64,000 nt of DNA from Gnetum montanum (GCA_015680685.1 MNCI01001919.1:900712-964711), one strand, 5' to 3'. Shown: positions 40,169-55,340, numbered from the stretch's first letter. Made by a program: numbers and translations. Notes: a model not told the origin generated them from the letters alone.

Positions 40169-43100
40169 TGATGGGATATCGTATTTACAATATTGTATCA
40201 TTGGTTACATCATTGTAGATACGATGTAGTGGATTCTAGTCATCATTATAAATACCAACCCACCATCGTGTCACTCAAATAACTTTCATTTGATCCTTAG
40301 TGAAATTTTTATAGTTTCTTTTTGTGAGTTACACATAGAGTTAGAGTTAGAATTGAATGCCTAAAGTGTGGTAACTAATAGTTGTATAGAGTCTTCATTT
40401 AAGTGGACTGTACTTGGATACAATTTAGAATCAACAATAAAGATTAAGATTATTTCTTACCATTGTAACATCTCACGTAGTTTACTTTTATTTTCTAACA
40501 TGTTTACTTTAATTGAGTTCTTTACATTTTTAAGGACTCTACTTTTTCTATGTCTATTAGTAAGGTAGAATAAGTATGACTATTTTTTAGCATTAAGTGT
40601 AATTTTTTGGTAACCTAGTAGTGACGTCACTTGATTCACTTAGTAGTGAGTTTACTTAATAATCCTAGTAATGCTTACATGAGTCTAGGATGTGTATCGA
40701 AAGCTAGGAATGGATGCATATCACCATAGGCTAGGATAGATCTAAATTTCTATTATTACCTAGATTTATACTTTATTCTCATTTTCATTATGGAAACACT
40801 TACAATTAATTTGATCCTACAACATCATGATATCATATACCTTACCAAGAGTTAAACCATACTACTCATACTTTACTAACTGAATGTGAGAAGATAATGA
40901 TCACAAATCAACTATCAACCACTAGCATACTTACATTATTCATCCATAAATTATGATCTTCTTATGCATGAATGTTTGTGACGTGTATGGTAGAGTGTTG
41001 GAATACCCAGTTTCTCTTCATTGGCATCGTTGCTAGTGACGTGTCAATGTTGGCTTAGTAGTTGATTTTATTAGAGTTCATTGTATTAAGAATTACAAAG
41101 TCTATCTTTCACACTTAAATCAATTCTTTTAACACACACACATATTTAAAAGCATCAAAAACATAATATGGCTTCTACATTTAAGGAGAAATCACCACTT
41201 GCTAATGAAATTCATAAGAGCCATGACAAAGGATATGATAAAGAAGAATGGAGTACGCCCATGCAAACTAGGATATCCTACATTCACATTGATCCATATT
41301 ATTATTATTTCATATTTTTCTTTCATCAGGATGAAAAAATACCTTCAAAACATTCTACACCATCTATGCTACATTATTTTACCTTCAAAACATTCTACAC
41401 CATCTATGCTACAAGAAACTCTTGTGAGGTTAAACCTTGATCACATACAAGAATAATTCCACATCATAGAACACATGACTATATCATACAACCAATATAG
41501 ATCCAAATAAGAAGGAATTTTATTATGGAAACAAGGCATGAGCTTGATAAAGAAAAGAAAGTACCACAAATGGTTGTCCTAAAGGAAATTTATGATGTCA
41601 TGTTCCACACAAAGAAATTCTATCAAACCTATGGATCTCAATCTCAAATACCAGTCATTCATATCAAAGATCCCATTAGGATAAAGTTGCATTTAGCTCT
41701 CACAAAAACACCTGAAGAATATAAGTAAGAGCCCACACTTAGGAGGAACTTATGGACTAGAATCTCCATTGAATCATGATGTCACAGAAGGAGAACTAGC
41801 TAACACCCTTCTCCAACTTCCTTTTCTTCCTTCTCATACTCCTCCCAAGAGTATGACAAGAGAGAATGTCAAGTAAGAGACCATGATAAAGAAAGAAAAA
41901 GAGATCTTGAGTGACATGAGCATCAAAGAAGATATCCTAATGATGAAGAAGATGATTAGGAGCAAAGAAGAGAAAGAATCAGCCATGAAGAGAGAAAGCG
42001 TTATGAGCATCAAAGTGGTTGCTACTACAATAGAGCTTACAAACCCAAAGATTATAAAGAACCCCTACTAGTAACTTGTAGCATGATTAATATTAGGAAT
42101 GTAGTGTATTTTTCTACTATGCACATGAGGGATAGTTGCATCAAGCAACTAGATATGAACAATATCTTAAAATTTGAAGGTGGATACAATGTAGATTCAA
42201 AACACCATCTTTAAGCCTTCCATGATTTCTATGCTCTTTAGAACATAAATAATAATTGATAGAAACTCAAGTTGTTTCCTAGAATACTTATAAAGAAAGT
42301 AGAGAGCTAGTATAGATCCTTAGAACCAAAATACATTTGAAGATGGAGTATCATGCTAGAGCTCTTCAATGACAAATATCAAACTTATTCTAGAGTGTCT
42401 AATTTTAGAAAATAGATACAAGGATGGAAGCAAGGAACACATGAATCCATTAATGTGATAATGGATAGATACTATTCATTATTACATAGGTGTCAAAAGA
42501 TGAGGAAGGATGAAAAGTATGGTAATATGAACATCCTAAAAGATGTTGTCTTGTTATGACCCACTTACAAGATTTTGGGTCATATGTACTTAATCCAAAA
42601 TTCATCAAGAAATAGATGCCTAGAAGATTACCTTATCTACAAGATAACTTCAAATAATCCTATTAGCAAACATACTATCTAGGTGGGGCATATTCTCAGC
42701 TTTAGAAATAGTATCAGCAATAATGGTAACAACCACAAGCATGGGGAATGCCATCACCAAGGCAATAGTATCCATATAGAAAACATGATTCCTATGGATA
42801 CTATGTTCAACATTCAATCTTTCTAGGGAATACATGATCTCATGCTTCCTCTCACTACTACCTACTAGAATATCATTGATTCACAACAACATGAATGGAT
42901 TCAAATTCTTACATGCCTCAACCAGTAGCTAGTTCTTTATTAGAAACTCCTAACTCACTACCACTAGTGTTGCCACTGATTATGTAAGGAGAACTACCAA
43001 TAAAACTATAACAAAAAAGTACCACCAAGGTAATTAATACACAATAGGATGTAATCACAAGTAAACCAAGGGTTCAAAAATGTCCTTTCTTAGAAAAAGT

Positions 43101-45878
43101 TCCAAAAAGGTTCAAAGAATGAGAACTTCACCTACATCCATCGCATCTACACATACTCTTCAAGGGAACACTATGCCTTATTATATGGATCAAAATTTGA
43201 CCACTGTCATGATCACTCAAATATTCACACACTAGATTAAAGTAGAAGCACTTCCCAAAAAGAACATATATGTTGAAAGTCCCTTAGTGTATCTACAGAT
43301 AGCAAGACATAAACCCTACAAGGCTCTACTAGATTTGAGGTCAAGAGCAAATATGATTTCACAAGATATGTACAAACCTTGGAATCTTCCTCCACCAAAG
43401 AAAAGCATCATCTCACTAAAGATTATAGATTAGTTGATTTCCATCGTACTTGGGTAGATATAAGATGTCATCACCACCATTAGTGACTAGTCTTATCCTA
43501 TTGATTTTCTTGTCATCCACATGGGAAGAAATAAAGGAGAATTTCCTAGTACTATGAATGCTAAGCTAGGAATCATAGACTTGTCCTTGAAAATATCCAT
43601 AGAAGATGAAGCTGGAATTACATAGAGATGTAGAGTTCAATGTATTTCATACAATGATAATGGGTGCAATTACATGTAGAAAATTTGGGCTATGAAAGAT
43701 AACACTAATACAACATGCAGTCAATGTATGGAGGACATGTGTATGCAATAATGCATGTATGTAGCAGCCACATGACAAGAAGGCATCCAGTGACTAATCA
43801 TTAAAAAAGATATAGAATCCAATATATGCTTGAAACCATTGAACAAAATCACAAGTCCCTACATTGAAGAAATTAATAAGTTAGAATAGTTTAGAAGGAA
43901 ACATCCCTACATACAATCACATCATAAAGAAGATATCAACTAGGGATAATTAGATATACAAGAAAAGTATAAACTAGAATCTTTAGAACTAAAATCCCTA
44001 CCAAAAAACTAGAATATTTTTTTCTAAATAATAAAAAAATTGGTAATTATCAATGCCAATCTTGATAAAGATAAAAAAAGGAACTTATTAGGAGTGGTAA
44101 ATAAATGGCCCACTACATTTACATGGAACTATGATGAGATAACTGGTATAGATCCACGCATTTTTCAACACCAAATCTATACAAATCCAACTATCAAGCC
44201 ACACTACTAACCTTAAAGAAGATTGAATCCCAAACTCAAAGAAGTTATCAAACAAGAATTAGAAAAACTGCTAAAAGTAGGGCTCCTCTATCCTATAGTA
44301 GACAGTGAATGGGTTAGTTTCTTAGTTACTATTTCAAAGAAAGGTGAGAAGTGGATGGTTTTCATTGAATTTAGAAACATTTAAGAATCATTTTCCTTTA
44401 ACATTTGTTGAATAGGTCCTGAGCACCATTGTAGAACATCAGTACTACAGTTTCCTTGATGGGTATAGTAGGTATAACCAAATCCAAATTGCACTGGAAG
44501 ACTAAGAAAAGATCACATTTGCTAGTCCATGGGGGATTGTTTAATACAACATGATGCCATTTTCATTGTGTAATGTACCCACTACTTTTCAAATACTTGT
44601 ACTTAGCATCTTCCATAAGAAAACTGGTAATGGGGTTGAAGTCTTTCTGGATGACTTATCCACATACTAGCTAGACTTTAAACAATCCTTGGATTGTTTA
44701 GAGTAGGTACTGAAAATATGTATAAAGATCAATCTAAAGCTCAATTGGTAGAAAAGCCATTTAATAGTTCAAGATGGTATAGTTATAGGACATACAGTAT
44801 CTCACAAAGGAATAGATGTAGATCAAGAGAAGATTAGAGTCATCTAAAACATCATTCAAAGGTCACAAACCATGAAGGATATTAGATCATTTCTTAGTCA
44901 CATAGGATATTATAGAAGATTTAATAAAAATTTCTCAGAGATTGCAAAATCACTAATAGAACTTACAAAGAAAGATGCATCATTCCACTGGATAGAACTA
45001 TGTGAGAAGGCATTCAAGACATTAAAATAGAAACTAATCAGAACATAAAACCTTGAGCTTTGAATTGGTCCTAACACTTTCACACTATACACACTATGAG
45101 TAGTTCTCACTCATCTGGATGATTAAAGATAATCCTATTACATACACTATGATAGTCAAAGAATCACTAGGGCACAAGTTAATTACACCACTATAGAAAA
45201 GAAGCTTATGTTCATGGTGTATGAACATGAGAAATTCAAGCATTATGTGCTTGAATATCCTATTTATGTCCACAAAGATCATAGTTCTATTAGATTTATA
45301 ATGAATAAACCAGTAGTTAGTCCAAGGGTGATAAGATGACTTAAGATATTACAATAATTTGTCATCACCATGATAGATAAAAAGAAAACTAAAAACATTG
45401 TGGTCGATCATCTATCCAGACCTAGATGGGAACCACAAGACAATGATGAACCATTTTTAGACCAATTTTCTAATGAAAATATACTCACAAAAATATCAAA
45501 GGCTACAGCTTCAATAGAAAAGTTATGGATCTTTGATTATGTGACCTATCTCACTACACAAAAGCTTCCTACTAAATGGGATAAGGAACAAAAGGAGCAA
45601 TTCCTCCACTGCACCAAATAGTATATCAAAATTAATGGAAATATTTATAATATCTATACTAATGGGATAGTTAGATGGTATGTTTCTGAGAAAGACCAAC
45701 AAAGAATCTTACAAGATGCACATGAAGAACCATGTGGTGGTCACTATGTAGGACAAAGGATAATACTCAAAAAAATAATGGTAAATTACTTCTAGCCTAT
45801 CATATTTAGAGATGCACACCAGTTTTCCTAATCTTGTGAGAGGTGTCAATGTGATGGTGGACTCACAACCAAAAACCA
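40169..45878 (+). mobile_element. Copy F: old, formerly autonomous Athila-like element (5' LTR 40169-41020, PBS 41022-41039, gag ~41168-43190, PR ~43210-43600, RT ~44100-44850, RNaseH ~44900-45420, integrase N-terminus to ~45878), 3'-truncated
   Basis: PBS TGGCATCGTTGC; gag/PR homologous to copy E; motifs SEWVS, YSFLDGYSRYNQI, VFLDDL, VVDHLSR, HEEPCGGHY..CERCQ. Many stops. Confidence 0.88.
41341..41413. repeat. 40-bp-period tandem duplication in gag of copy F
   Basis: ACCTTCAAAACATTCTACACCATCTATGCTACA occurs at 41341 and 41381. Confidence 0.9.
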
Positions 45879-48800
45879 GTTTAGCTTTTTTATTATTTAT
45901 ATTGCTAGAAAATGCATATTAGTACATGGTGTCAATTTAGGTGTAATGATGGAACATATGAACTTGTTCCTATTTGTAATCCCATTTAATATCAGATTAT
46001 GATTTTCTTTCAATGTCAAAACAATAATTATCAAGTTTTTATGAGTGTAGTAAGTGCCATTTTGAGTTATAGTTTTATCAGGGTTTATTCTTTCTTATTG
46101 GAATTAAGTAATTTTTTGTAGATATGGTTGTTCTAGCATGTGCTAACATTTTAGTTTCCTTTGTTTGAGTTATGATGTTAACTAGGTGAGAAAAGCATAA
46201 AATTTATTATTGTACTTCATTCACTTTTTTTCTTATAATTTTTTCTTCTATTTTTGTTGTTTCAAAAAATGTTCATGGAAGTATGGGTGTCTTTCTTTCA
46301 TTGGGATATGGATTCTTTTGCATCAATCATTTAGTATTGTTCAACTTATTAAATTAACCAGTTTCAATGTTTAATGTTGTATACTAAATCTCAACTTATA
46401 GTTTTGTTGCTTTATTTTTGGAGTTCTAGGAATGGTTGAACAATATTTACTACATCTAGGTTACTATGCTTAAACCTCATAGTTTACTTAGTGGAAGTCA
46501 CTCCCTATGAATTACATAAAGAATAGGTTTCTAGTAATATTGGATTTTGTGTGTATCTATAGATCAGAACAGTGATTCCAACAGAGGGGTTATATGTGTG
46601 TTTATAGCTCTTAGTATTTGAGACTATATATTTAAGTTAGAGCTGAAGGTGCCCATTGTTCGGATCCTAGACCAAACCATCATCGTTAGATCTTGTGACT
46701 AGATGGCAACTAGGCATAGATTAACATAGAGAGATATTTGATTTGATATACAGGAAATCCTTAATATTTTGAAAAAAGAGGATGGGTCAAGAATACAAGG
46801 GATAATCATCAATATTAGGGGTCAAATGAAATCATTTATTCTTTCTCCTAAACATGAGAAAAATTCACATTATTGGCAATGAGGTATTCCTTGAATTGCA
46901 TGTTAAAAAATATTGTTGATATGGCCAGTGTTAAAGGAGAGCTTATATACATTATTACATGGATGAAACAACATACTATTTTGTTGTAATAACATAATGC
47001 ATTCAATCTAATTAACATAAATGGAATAAATATGAGGGTTACGGGGAAGGTGTATATGTTGAAATTCACATAGGCATCTGAGGTTCTTAAATAAGGAATA
47101 ACAGGCAAGATCATAAGAGAACTAGATTATAAGTGAAAGAGAAGGATGTTGCCTTATTTACTTTTATCATAAAGCTTTGGGACTCTCAAATTTAGAGAGA
47201 TGAAGTGTTATAGGTCAATCCAGAAGCTTCAAATGTTTTGGTAATAAGTTTACAAGTAGAATTTACATGTGTTTCCTTGAATTATAATTCACATCTTGGT
47301 ACAACAAATGTTTCAAGGCATAGGTCTTGTGCTCAAACAAGTAAGTTGTGCCCACTAATGGCATTTTTTTCATATATTAGTAGGTGTACATATATGTTTT
47401 GGATGATGAAAAGCATCATGAATCTATTTTGTCTTTTTATTTTTATTTTTGTGTATGTTTTCTTTCTCTCTCTCTCTTTGTTTATTCCTTTCTTTTTTCA
47501 CTTATTATTATCATTGCAAATGCCATAACCATTAAGGTGTTACAGAATCCTGCATAGTGACCACCACATGGTCCCTCATGCACATCTTGTAGAATTCTTT
47601 GTTTCTTCTCTTATGGAACACACCATTTGACTAGTCCATTGACACATATCTTGTAAATATTTCCATTTTTTTTATATACCATTTAATTCTATATAGGAAC
47701 TGTTCCTTTTGTTTGTTATTCCACTCAACATGAAGCTCTTTTCTAATGAGATAAGTCATGTATTCAGTTATCCATGACTTGTCTATTGAGTTGAAATCCA
47801 CTATTATCTTTGTAAACAATTTTTTATCAAAAAATTGGTTTGATAATGGTTCATCCTATTCTTGCAGTTCCCATCTTAGCCTTGAAAAATGATCTACTTC
47901 AACATTTTTAGTTTCCTTCTTGTCCATCATTCTGATGTTAAACTCTTGTAGTATCACAAGCCATCATATCATCCTTATACTAACTACTAGTTTATTCATC
48001 AAAAACCTAATGGCACTATGATCCATGTGGACTTAAATAGGATACCCGAGCACATAATGTATGAATTTTTCAAGCTCATACACCATGGCCATAAGCTCCT
48101 TTTCTGTAGTGGTGTAGTTAAGTATTACTCCAGTGATGCTTCAACTAGCATAGTGTATGTAATATGGTCTTTTCTGATAATCGATCTGAGTAACTACTAT
48201 GCCCAATGCATAGTTTGAAGTATCTATCATAATTTAGAAGGGCTTGGATCAATCTAGGGCTTGAAGGATTGACATTTCAATCAACCTCTACTTTAATGTC
48301 TTAAATACCTTCTCACACTATTCTATCCATTGGAACAATGCATCTTTTCTTGTTAGTTCTACTAGTAGTTTTGCTACCTTTAAAAAATTGTCAATGAATC
48401 TTCTATAATATCCCATGTGGCCAAGGAATATCTAACATCCTTAATAGTCTATGGCATCTATGTGATATTTTGAATGACTCTTATTTTATCTAAATCTACA
48501 TCTAGTCTTTTTAGGGATACTTTATGTACTAGAACAATACCATCTTGGACCATTAGATAGCTCTTTTAGCAATTGAGCTTTAAATTAATTTCTACATAGC
48601 TTTCTAAAACCTGCTCTAATTGGTCCAATGCTTGTTTAAAGTCTAGCTCATAAGTAAAAAATCATTCATGAATACCACTACTCCATTACCAATATGCTTT
48701 TGGAAGATGCTTAGTACTAGTCTTTGAAAAGTAGTGGGAGCATTACACAAGCCAAAAGGTATTTTCTTGTAGGAAAATTTCCTCCATGGACTAGTGAATG

Positions 48801-50399
48801 TGGTCTTCTCTTGATCTTCTAGTACAATGTGAGGATCAAGAACTTAGAAGGAGGGTTGAATAAGTTTTCCAAATTTAAAATTCATCAACCACAAAAAACA
48901 CACTCAATTTTTACATGGTTCCCCAAGTTGGTTACATCCACACTTGAAAGGTAGAATCCTTGCACACCTCCAAACTTTGTTTCTCAAAAATGTGGTTTGA
49001 AGGATACCACACCCTGTATAAGCTTTGAGCTCTACACTAGAGTGTTTTATTACAGCAAAAACACTTAACCTCACAAGGTTTCAACAAGCTCAAAATGTGA
49101 TTTCAAGGATCCCACAGCCTTTACAAAATTGAGCTCCACTCTAGAGTGTTTTTACACTACACAAACACTCAATCTTGTAGGATTCCAACAAGCTTAATGA
49201 TGATGCCTTCTCACAAGAAGCACATCAACCCTGCAAGGTAACAAGAAAAGAGTAAATAATACAAGTAAAAAATGTAACTACAATTACAGGTCCTTGTCAT
49301 TGAAGCCTAAATCAACAAACAATCATACAATCAAGCAAATAATGTAGAAATGAAGGATAAAAGCACAAGAGAATAGATATGAAAATGATATCTTTGATGT
49401 TGATAGCACTTGCATAATCATCAAGATGTCCTCTTATAGCTTCAGAGTTTCTAAAAATACCTCAAAAATCATACAACAACTAATGTAGAGGTCTCCTCCA
49501 AAGTTGGGATGTCTACCAAAGATCTATCTCAAATCTGGAGAAACATCTTCTTGGAGAAGGGAATGTCTCTTGCGAGATGTCTACACTACAAAGGGGGAAT
49601 CTCCTATTTCTTGAAGATGTCTTCTTATGAATTCATTCTTCTCAGCTAAGACATTTACTATTTCTTGGAGACGTCTCCTCAACTATTAAGCTCTAGTTCC
49701 TAAGGCTTTCTCTCTTTGATTTGGCTTCTTTTCAATCCTTGGAGCATCTTCATTTAGTTTGTAGCCTTTTTTCTTATCCATATCTGTCCATGCTCTCATA
49801 TTTTTTCTAAATTCTCCATTTTGACAACCCATTATATATTTCATTTCCTTAAGTTCTTATTCATGATGTGGATTTCTTGTTCATGACTTGTAAACACATC
49901 ATCCACAACAAACATTTCTTGTTCTCCATTTTCCTTAAGGTTTTGGTAGAACAAAAGGTCAACAATCTCCCACATTTTGGTGATGTCCAAAATGTAAGAA
50001 AATGGGTTAGTAGTCTCCAAAAATCATTAATATATATAATTGCAATCTTGCTTATGACACTAGTTTAAATATATATACCAAATTCCAATAGTGCATTATA
50101 TTCCATGAATCATAGTCATTCTACATTATCATTTCACAATAATCATAAATGATGTTCATAATAGCATAATCAATTTGATCTATATATCTGAGTCTCAATA
50201 TCATCACATCTCACTATTAAATAATTAATCAAAAATAATACCAAATTCTCCCCCTTTTCGACATCATCAAAAAGGGTGGGAAGAACTCCTCTTAAAAGAA
50301 TGAAAAAACACTATAAAGGTAAATATATATATATATATATATGAATTTTTATACATTTCAGAACTTAAAAATATTTTATTGAGAATTTAAAAGAAAAAA

Positions 50400-53280
50400 C
50401 TTACTTGATAGGACATGGTACTGTGCCATATCTTTACAGAGAGTAGTAAATCTTCTCTCATCAAGGGACTTGTTGAAAGCATCTACAAGTTGATTCTCAA
50501 TTCCAATAAATTCTAATTTTATGTGTCCATGTTGAGTGTGCTCTTGTATAAAGTGATGTCGAATCTCAATGTGTTTGGTGCATGAGTGTTGAATTGGATT
50601 TCTTATCATGTTGATAGTGTTGTTGTTGTCATAATAGATAGGTGTAGATTAAGGTTAAATTCCTAAGTCTTTGAGCATTTATTTCATCCATAAGAGTTAA
50701 GCATAGTAGCTCCAAGCTTATATGTATTTACCTTCTACCATAGAAAGTGCTATAGAAGTTTTCTTTTTGGTTGTCCAAGAGACAAGACTTCTTCCTAGGC
50801 AAAAGTAATTTTCACCTATACTTTAATGATCATATGAGCAATCTACCCAATCTGCATCACAATATCTAGCTTAATCAAGTGGGAAATCCGTTGGATACCA
50901 AAGGCCCCAATTAGTAGTACATTTTAAATAATGAAAAATACATTTAGCCACCTTTAAATGTGATTCTTTTGGGGTGGGTTGATATCTAGCACACATTCCT
51001 ACACTTAATGCTATGTCTAGTCTACAAGCAATTAAATAAAGTAGGCTACCTATCACACCTCTATAAAGCTTGTGATCAATAGATGTTCCTTGATCATCTT
51101 TGGTGAGCTTAAAACTAGCAACCATAGGAGTGTCTTTTACCTTAGCATTGGCCAAGTTGAAGTTTAGTAGAAGATCTTTGACATATTTGATTTGACAAAT
51201 AAAATTTCCATCTCCAATTTGATTGATTTGGAAATTTAAGGAAGTTTTTGAGTTCTTCCATCATTTTCATTTCAAATTTGGATTGCATAAGATCTAAGAA
51301 CTTCTTCCAAATAATTTCCTTAGTGGCACCAAAAATAATATCACTAACATAAATTTGAACTATAAGCAAATCACTACCTTCTCTTTCGAGAAATAAAGTG
51401 ACATCAACCTTACCTCTTTTGAAATTTTTTGATGTAAGATGTTGAGAAAGTCGTTCATACTAGGCTCTAGGAGCCTATTTAAGCCCATAGATAGCCTTCT
51501 TGAGCTTGTAAACATGATCAGATTTGATGGGATCTATAAAGCCTTCAAGTTGTTCAATGTAAACTTCTTCTTGTATGGTTCCATTTAGGAAGGCACTTTT
51601 CATGTCCATTTGATATATTTTAATATTTTTAATAATAGCATATGCCAAAAGAAGTCTAATAGATTCTAGTCTAGCAACAAGAGAAAAAGTTTCATCAAAA
51701 TCAATTCCTTCTTGTTGATTGTATCCTTTGGCAACTAATCTTGCTTTATTTTTAATGATATTTTCATTTTCATTAGTTTCTTTTTTTCCTAAAGAGTTGT
51801 TTTATCCCAATGATTGGTGTATGATCTAGTTTAGGTGTTAACTCCCATACATTATTCCTAGTGAATTGATTTAGTTCATCTTGCATAGTGGAAATCCATC
51901 CGTCCTCTCCTTCAACTTCTTTGAAGTTTTTGGGTTCAAGTTGTGAATGATATGCAATATAGGCACAAATTTCCTTGGTTTGGCTTCCAGTGCTAATACC
52001 ATCTTGTACTTGTCTAATGACATCATTGTGAGAGTGTTTTCTACTAAGTCTAGGCATTTTGGGTTGAATGGAAGATATTTCTTCAAATTCATCCTCTTAC
52101 TCTCCCTCATGTTCACTATCTACTTCTAAATTTTTATAAATTTGAACTTGAGAGGCACTAGATAATTTTTGAATGGGAACAACATCATCTTTAGTTTGTG
52201 GAGAAGTAATGTCATTATCATCAATTTTAACATTTATAGTTTCCTCTACAACATTTCTTCTTTTATTGAAAACTCTATATGCTTTGCTAACTAAAGAATA
52301 TCCTAAGAAAATACCTTCATCAATTTTAGTATCAAATTTTCGTTAGATATCTTTATCATTTAAAATATAGCATTTTGAACCAAAAACATGAAACTAACCT
52401 ACTGAAGGTTTTCTACTAGTCCATAATTCATAGGGAGTTTTAGATGTAAATCTTCTTACCAAAACTTTATTAGAAACAAAGCAAGTAGTATTGATTACTC
52501 CAGCCCAAAAGTGATAGGGAAGATTTTGGTCATTCAGTATAGTTCTTCCCATTTTGTTCAAGGTCCTATTTTTGATTTCAGCTACACCTTTTTTTTTTTT
52601 TGAGGAGTTCCTACAATAGAAAATTAATGAACTATGTCGTTTATTTCACAAAAATGCTTAAACTTGATGTTCTTAAATTCCCCTCCATTGTTACTCCTGA
52701 TGACTTTAACGCCATAGCCTTTTTCTTTTTGAATTCGATAGCAAATTCTTAAGAAATTATCAAATACCTCATCCTTGTGATATAAAAAAACCCAAGTAAA
52801 ATGAGAGTAATCATCAAAAATAGTTAGAAAGTGCCTTTTTTTTCCCAAAATGAGTGTTTAAGAAGGACCAACTACATCCATGTGAAGTAAATGTAAGGGA
52901 TGAGAGGTAGATATGTAATTTTTCTTATTGAAACTTACCCTTGTTTTCTGTCCTTTCTAGCATGATTCACAAGTGTTCAGATTAAAGTCTTTGAGTTTGG
53001 GTAGTCCATGAACCATTTTCTTTGTTACAAAAGTTTTAAGAATTTCTTTCTTTATGTGGCCCAACTTCCTATGCCACAAATGGACATCGTTTATACTACT
53101 AATCAAGCACTTAAATTCAAGGTTAGGAGTGTCTCCAAATATAGTGGTGTAAAAATTTTCCTTTCTAGCACCTTGTCGAGACTGCTTTGCAAACACCAAG
53201 CATATTATTTTATCCTAAGATAGCAATATGATTGAACATGTCTAGATTTTCCACAAAACAAACAATTTCAAGTTCTAGGT
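50400..53280 (-). pseudogene. pol: Copia pol remnant (Zn knuckle, GAG-pre-integrase, integrase, RT, RNaseH)
   Basis: CLFCGKSRHVQSYC; LWHRKLGH..CESC; DDYSHFTWV..IRSNNGGEF; ELNQFTRNNVWEL; VQIYVSDIIFG; YRGVIGSLLYL; HSCTKHIEIRHHFI. Confidence 0.92.
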
Positions 53281-55230
53281 TTTGACATGTTTCTAAGCCT
53301 AGAATGATTTCCTTCAGTAGAATATTTCAAGCATTCATCTTTTTACTTTTGGTCTTTGGGCTTCTCAAAAGAATTCTTTCTCGTCTACGCAATAACCTTG
53401 GTTAGTCTTTAAACCTAAGCCTTAAGCTTTTGGTTTTCTTTATTAAGATAAAACACTCATCATTAAGAACTGTAAATTTCATTTCCTTGGCATGTAAGAT
53501 ATCTCTCATTTTAAAACATAAGCTTTGGTAAGAAATAACTTCATTGAAAAATAGCCAATACTTTTCTTCAAAGAAATTTTCATTATCTAGATTGTCACAA
53601 ATGTTACCAACCTTATAGTTATATTTTGTTATATTCCTTATTAGATTGAATGTAAAAGAAGGAATGAGCGACTTACCTTTACGAATGTGATAGAGGGATT
53701 GAATACAACAATTGATGAAGAAAACTAGATTCCTTGTCCAATTGTGCCTAGTGTTGATTGTCCCTTCCTTGTTCATGTTGTGTTATCTACATGAGATAAC
53801 CTCACTCTGATACCACTTTAGGATCAAGAACCTAGAAGGGGGGTTGAATAATTTTTTCAAATTTAAAATTGATTAGCCACAAAAACAATACTCACTTTTT
53901 ATGTGGTTCCCCAAATTGGGTATGTCCACACTCAAAAGCTAGAATCCTTGCACACCTTTAGACATTGTTTCTCAAAAATGTGATTTGAAGGGCATCATAC
54001 CCTATACAAGCTCTAAGCTATGCATCAAAGGATTTCATTGTAATGAAAACACTTAATCCTATAAGATCCCAACAAGTTCAAATTTTGGTTTCAAGGATAC
54101 CACAACCTTTACAAAATTAAGCTCCACACTAGAGTGTTTTGATGCTATACAAACACTCAATCCCGTAGGATCCTGACAAGCTCAATGATTATGCCTTCTT
54201 GCAAGAAGCACATCAACACTATCGGACAACAATAAAAGAGTAAATGATACAAGGAAACAATGTAACTATAATTACAAGTCCTTATCATTGAAGATCAATT
54301 TAACAAACAATCATAAAATTAAGCAAATAATGTAACAATGAAGAACAAAAGCACAAGAGCATAGATATGACAATGATACCTTTGATGTTCATAGCACTTG
54401 CATAATTCTCAAGATTTTTATTCCCTCTTATATCTTCAGAGATTCCAAAAATGCCTCAAATTCATGAAATAGCTACCCAACAACTAATGTAGACATCTCC
54501 TTCAAAGTTGGGACTTCTACCTGAGATTTGCCTCAAATCTAAAGAGATGTCTCCTTAGAGAATGGAACATCTCTTGGGATATGTCTCTAGGGAGATGCCT
54601 ACTCTAAAAAGGGGACATCTCCTATTTCTTGAAGATGTATTCCTATGAATTCATTCTTCTTGGCTAAGATGTCTACTATTTCTTGGAAATGTCTCCTCAA
54701 CTATTGAGCTCTAGTTCCTAAGGCATTCTCTCATGGATTTGGCTTCTTTCTAATCCATGGAGCATCTTCATTTAGTTTGTAGTCTTTGTTCCCATCTGTA
54801 TGTATCCATGCTATCATCTTACCTATGAAGTCTCCATTTTGACAACCTCTTGTAGATTTCATTTTCTTAAGTTTGATGAGTGGCGAGGTACCCCTACACT
54901 CAACCATACGAAACAAGCATCGCACGCGCGATCCGGTTGAACTCCGTAGATGGACTAGTTGTGGCACCTAGACAGTTATCCTTAGGTCGCAGTTTGCTGT
55001 CTTCCCACCTAGACTAGTTATTAGCTTTGTCACGTATGGTTTAGTCTAGATGAGGTGTATGATGTGTTCCTAATTCTAACGCTACTCCTGAAGGTAGTGG
55101 AAAATAATATTTAACTAAGCTAAGCTAGAAGGAAAAGGGTAAGAAAATCTAATCTAGCCTAAGTGCGACGAGCAACCGATTCCTTAATCAACCATACACA
55201 TCTTGGACTTCGTGCATGACTATCACTGCG

Positions 55231-55340
55231 ACTACCAAGCATAGCTCCTAGGTACGCCACTAGGATTACCAAGCATAGATCCCAAATATGCCACTAGGTT
55301 ACCAAGAGTAGATCCTGGATACGCCACTGGGCTACCAAGT
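55231..55340. repeat. ~33-34-bp tandem repeats (x3+) inside the LTR of copy G (also at 62746-62855)
   Basis: TACCAAG-(C/T)AGATCC-...-GCCACT(A/G)GG units. Confidence 0.8.

Noticed and set aside
55231-55340. CRISPR-like 33-34-bp repeats
   Set aside because: No unique spacers, eukaryotic context, and the array is duplicated in both LTRs of one element.
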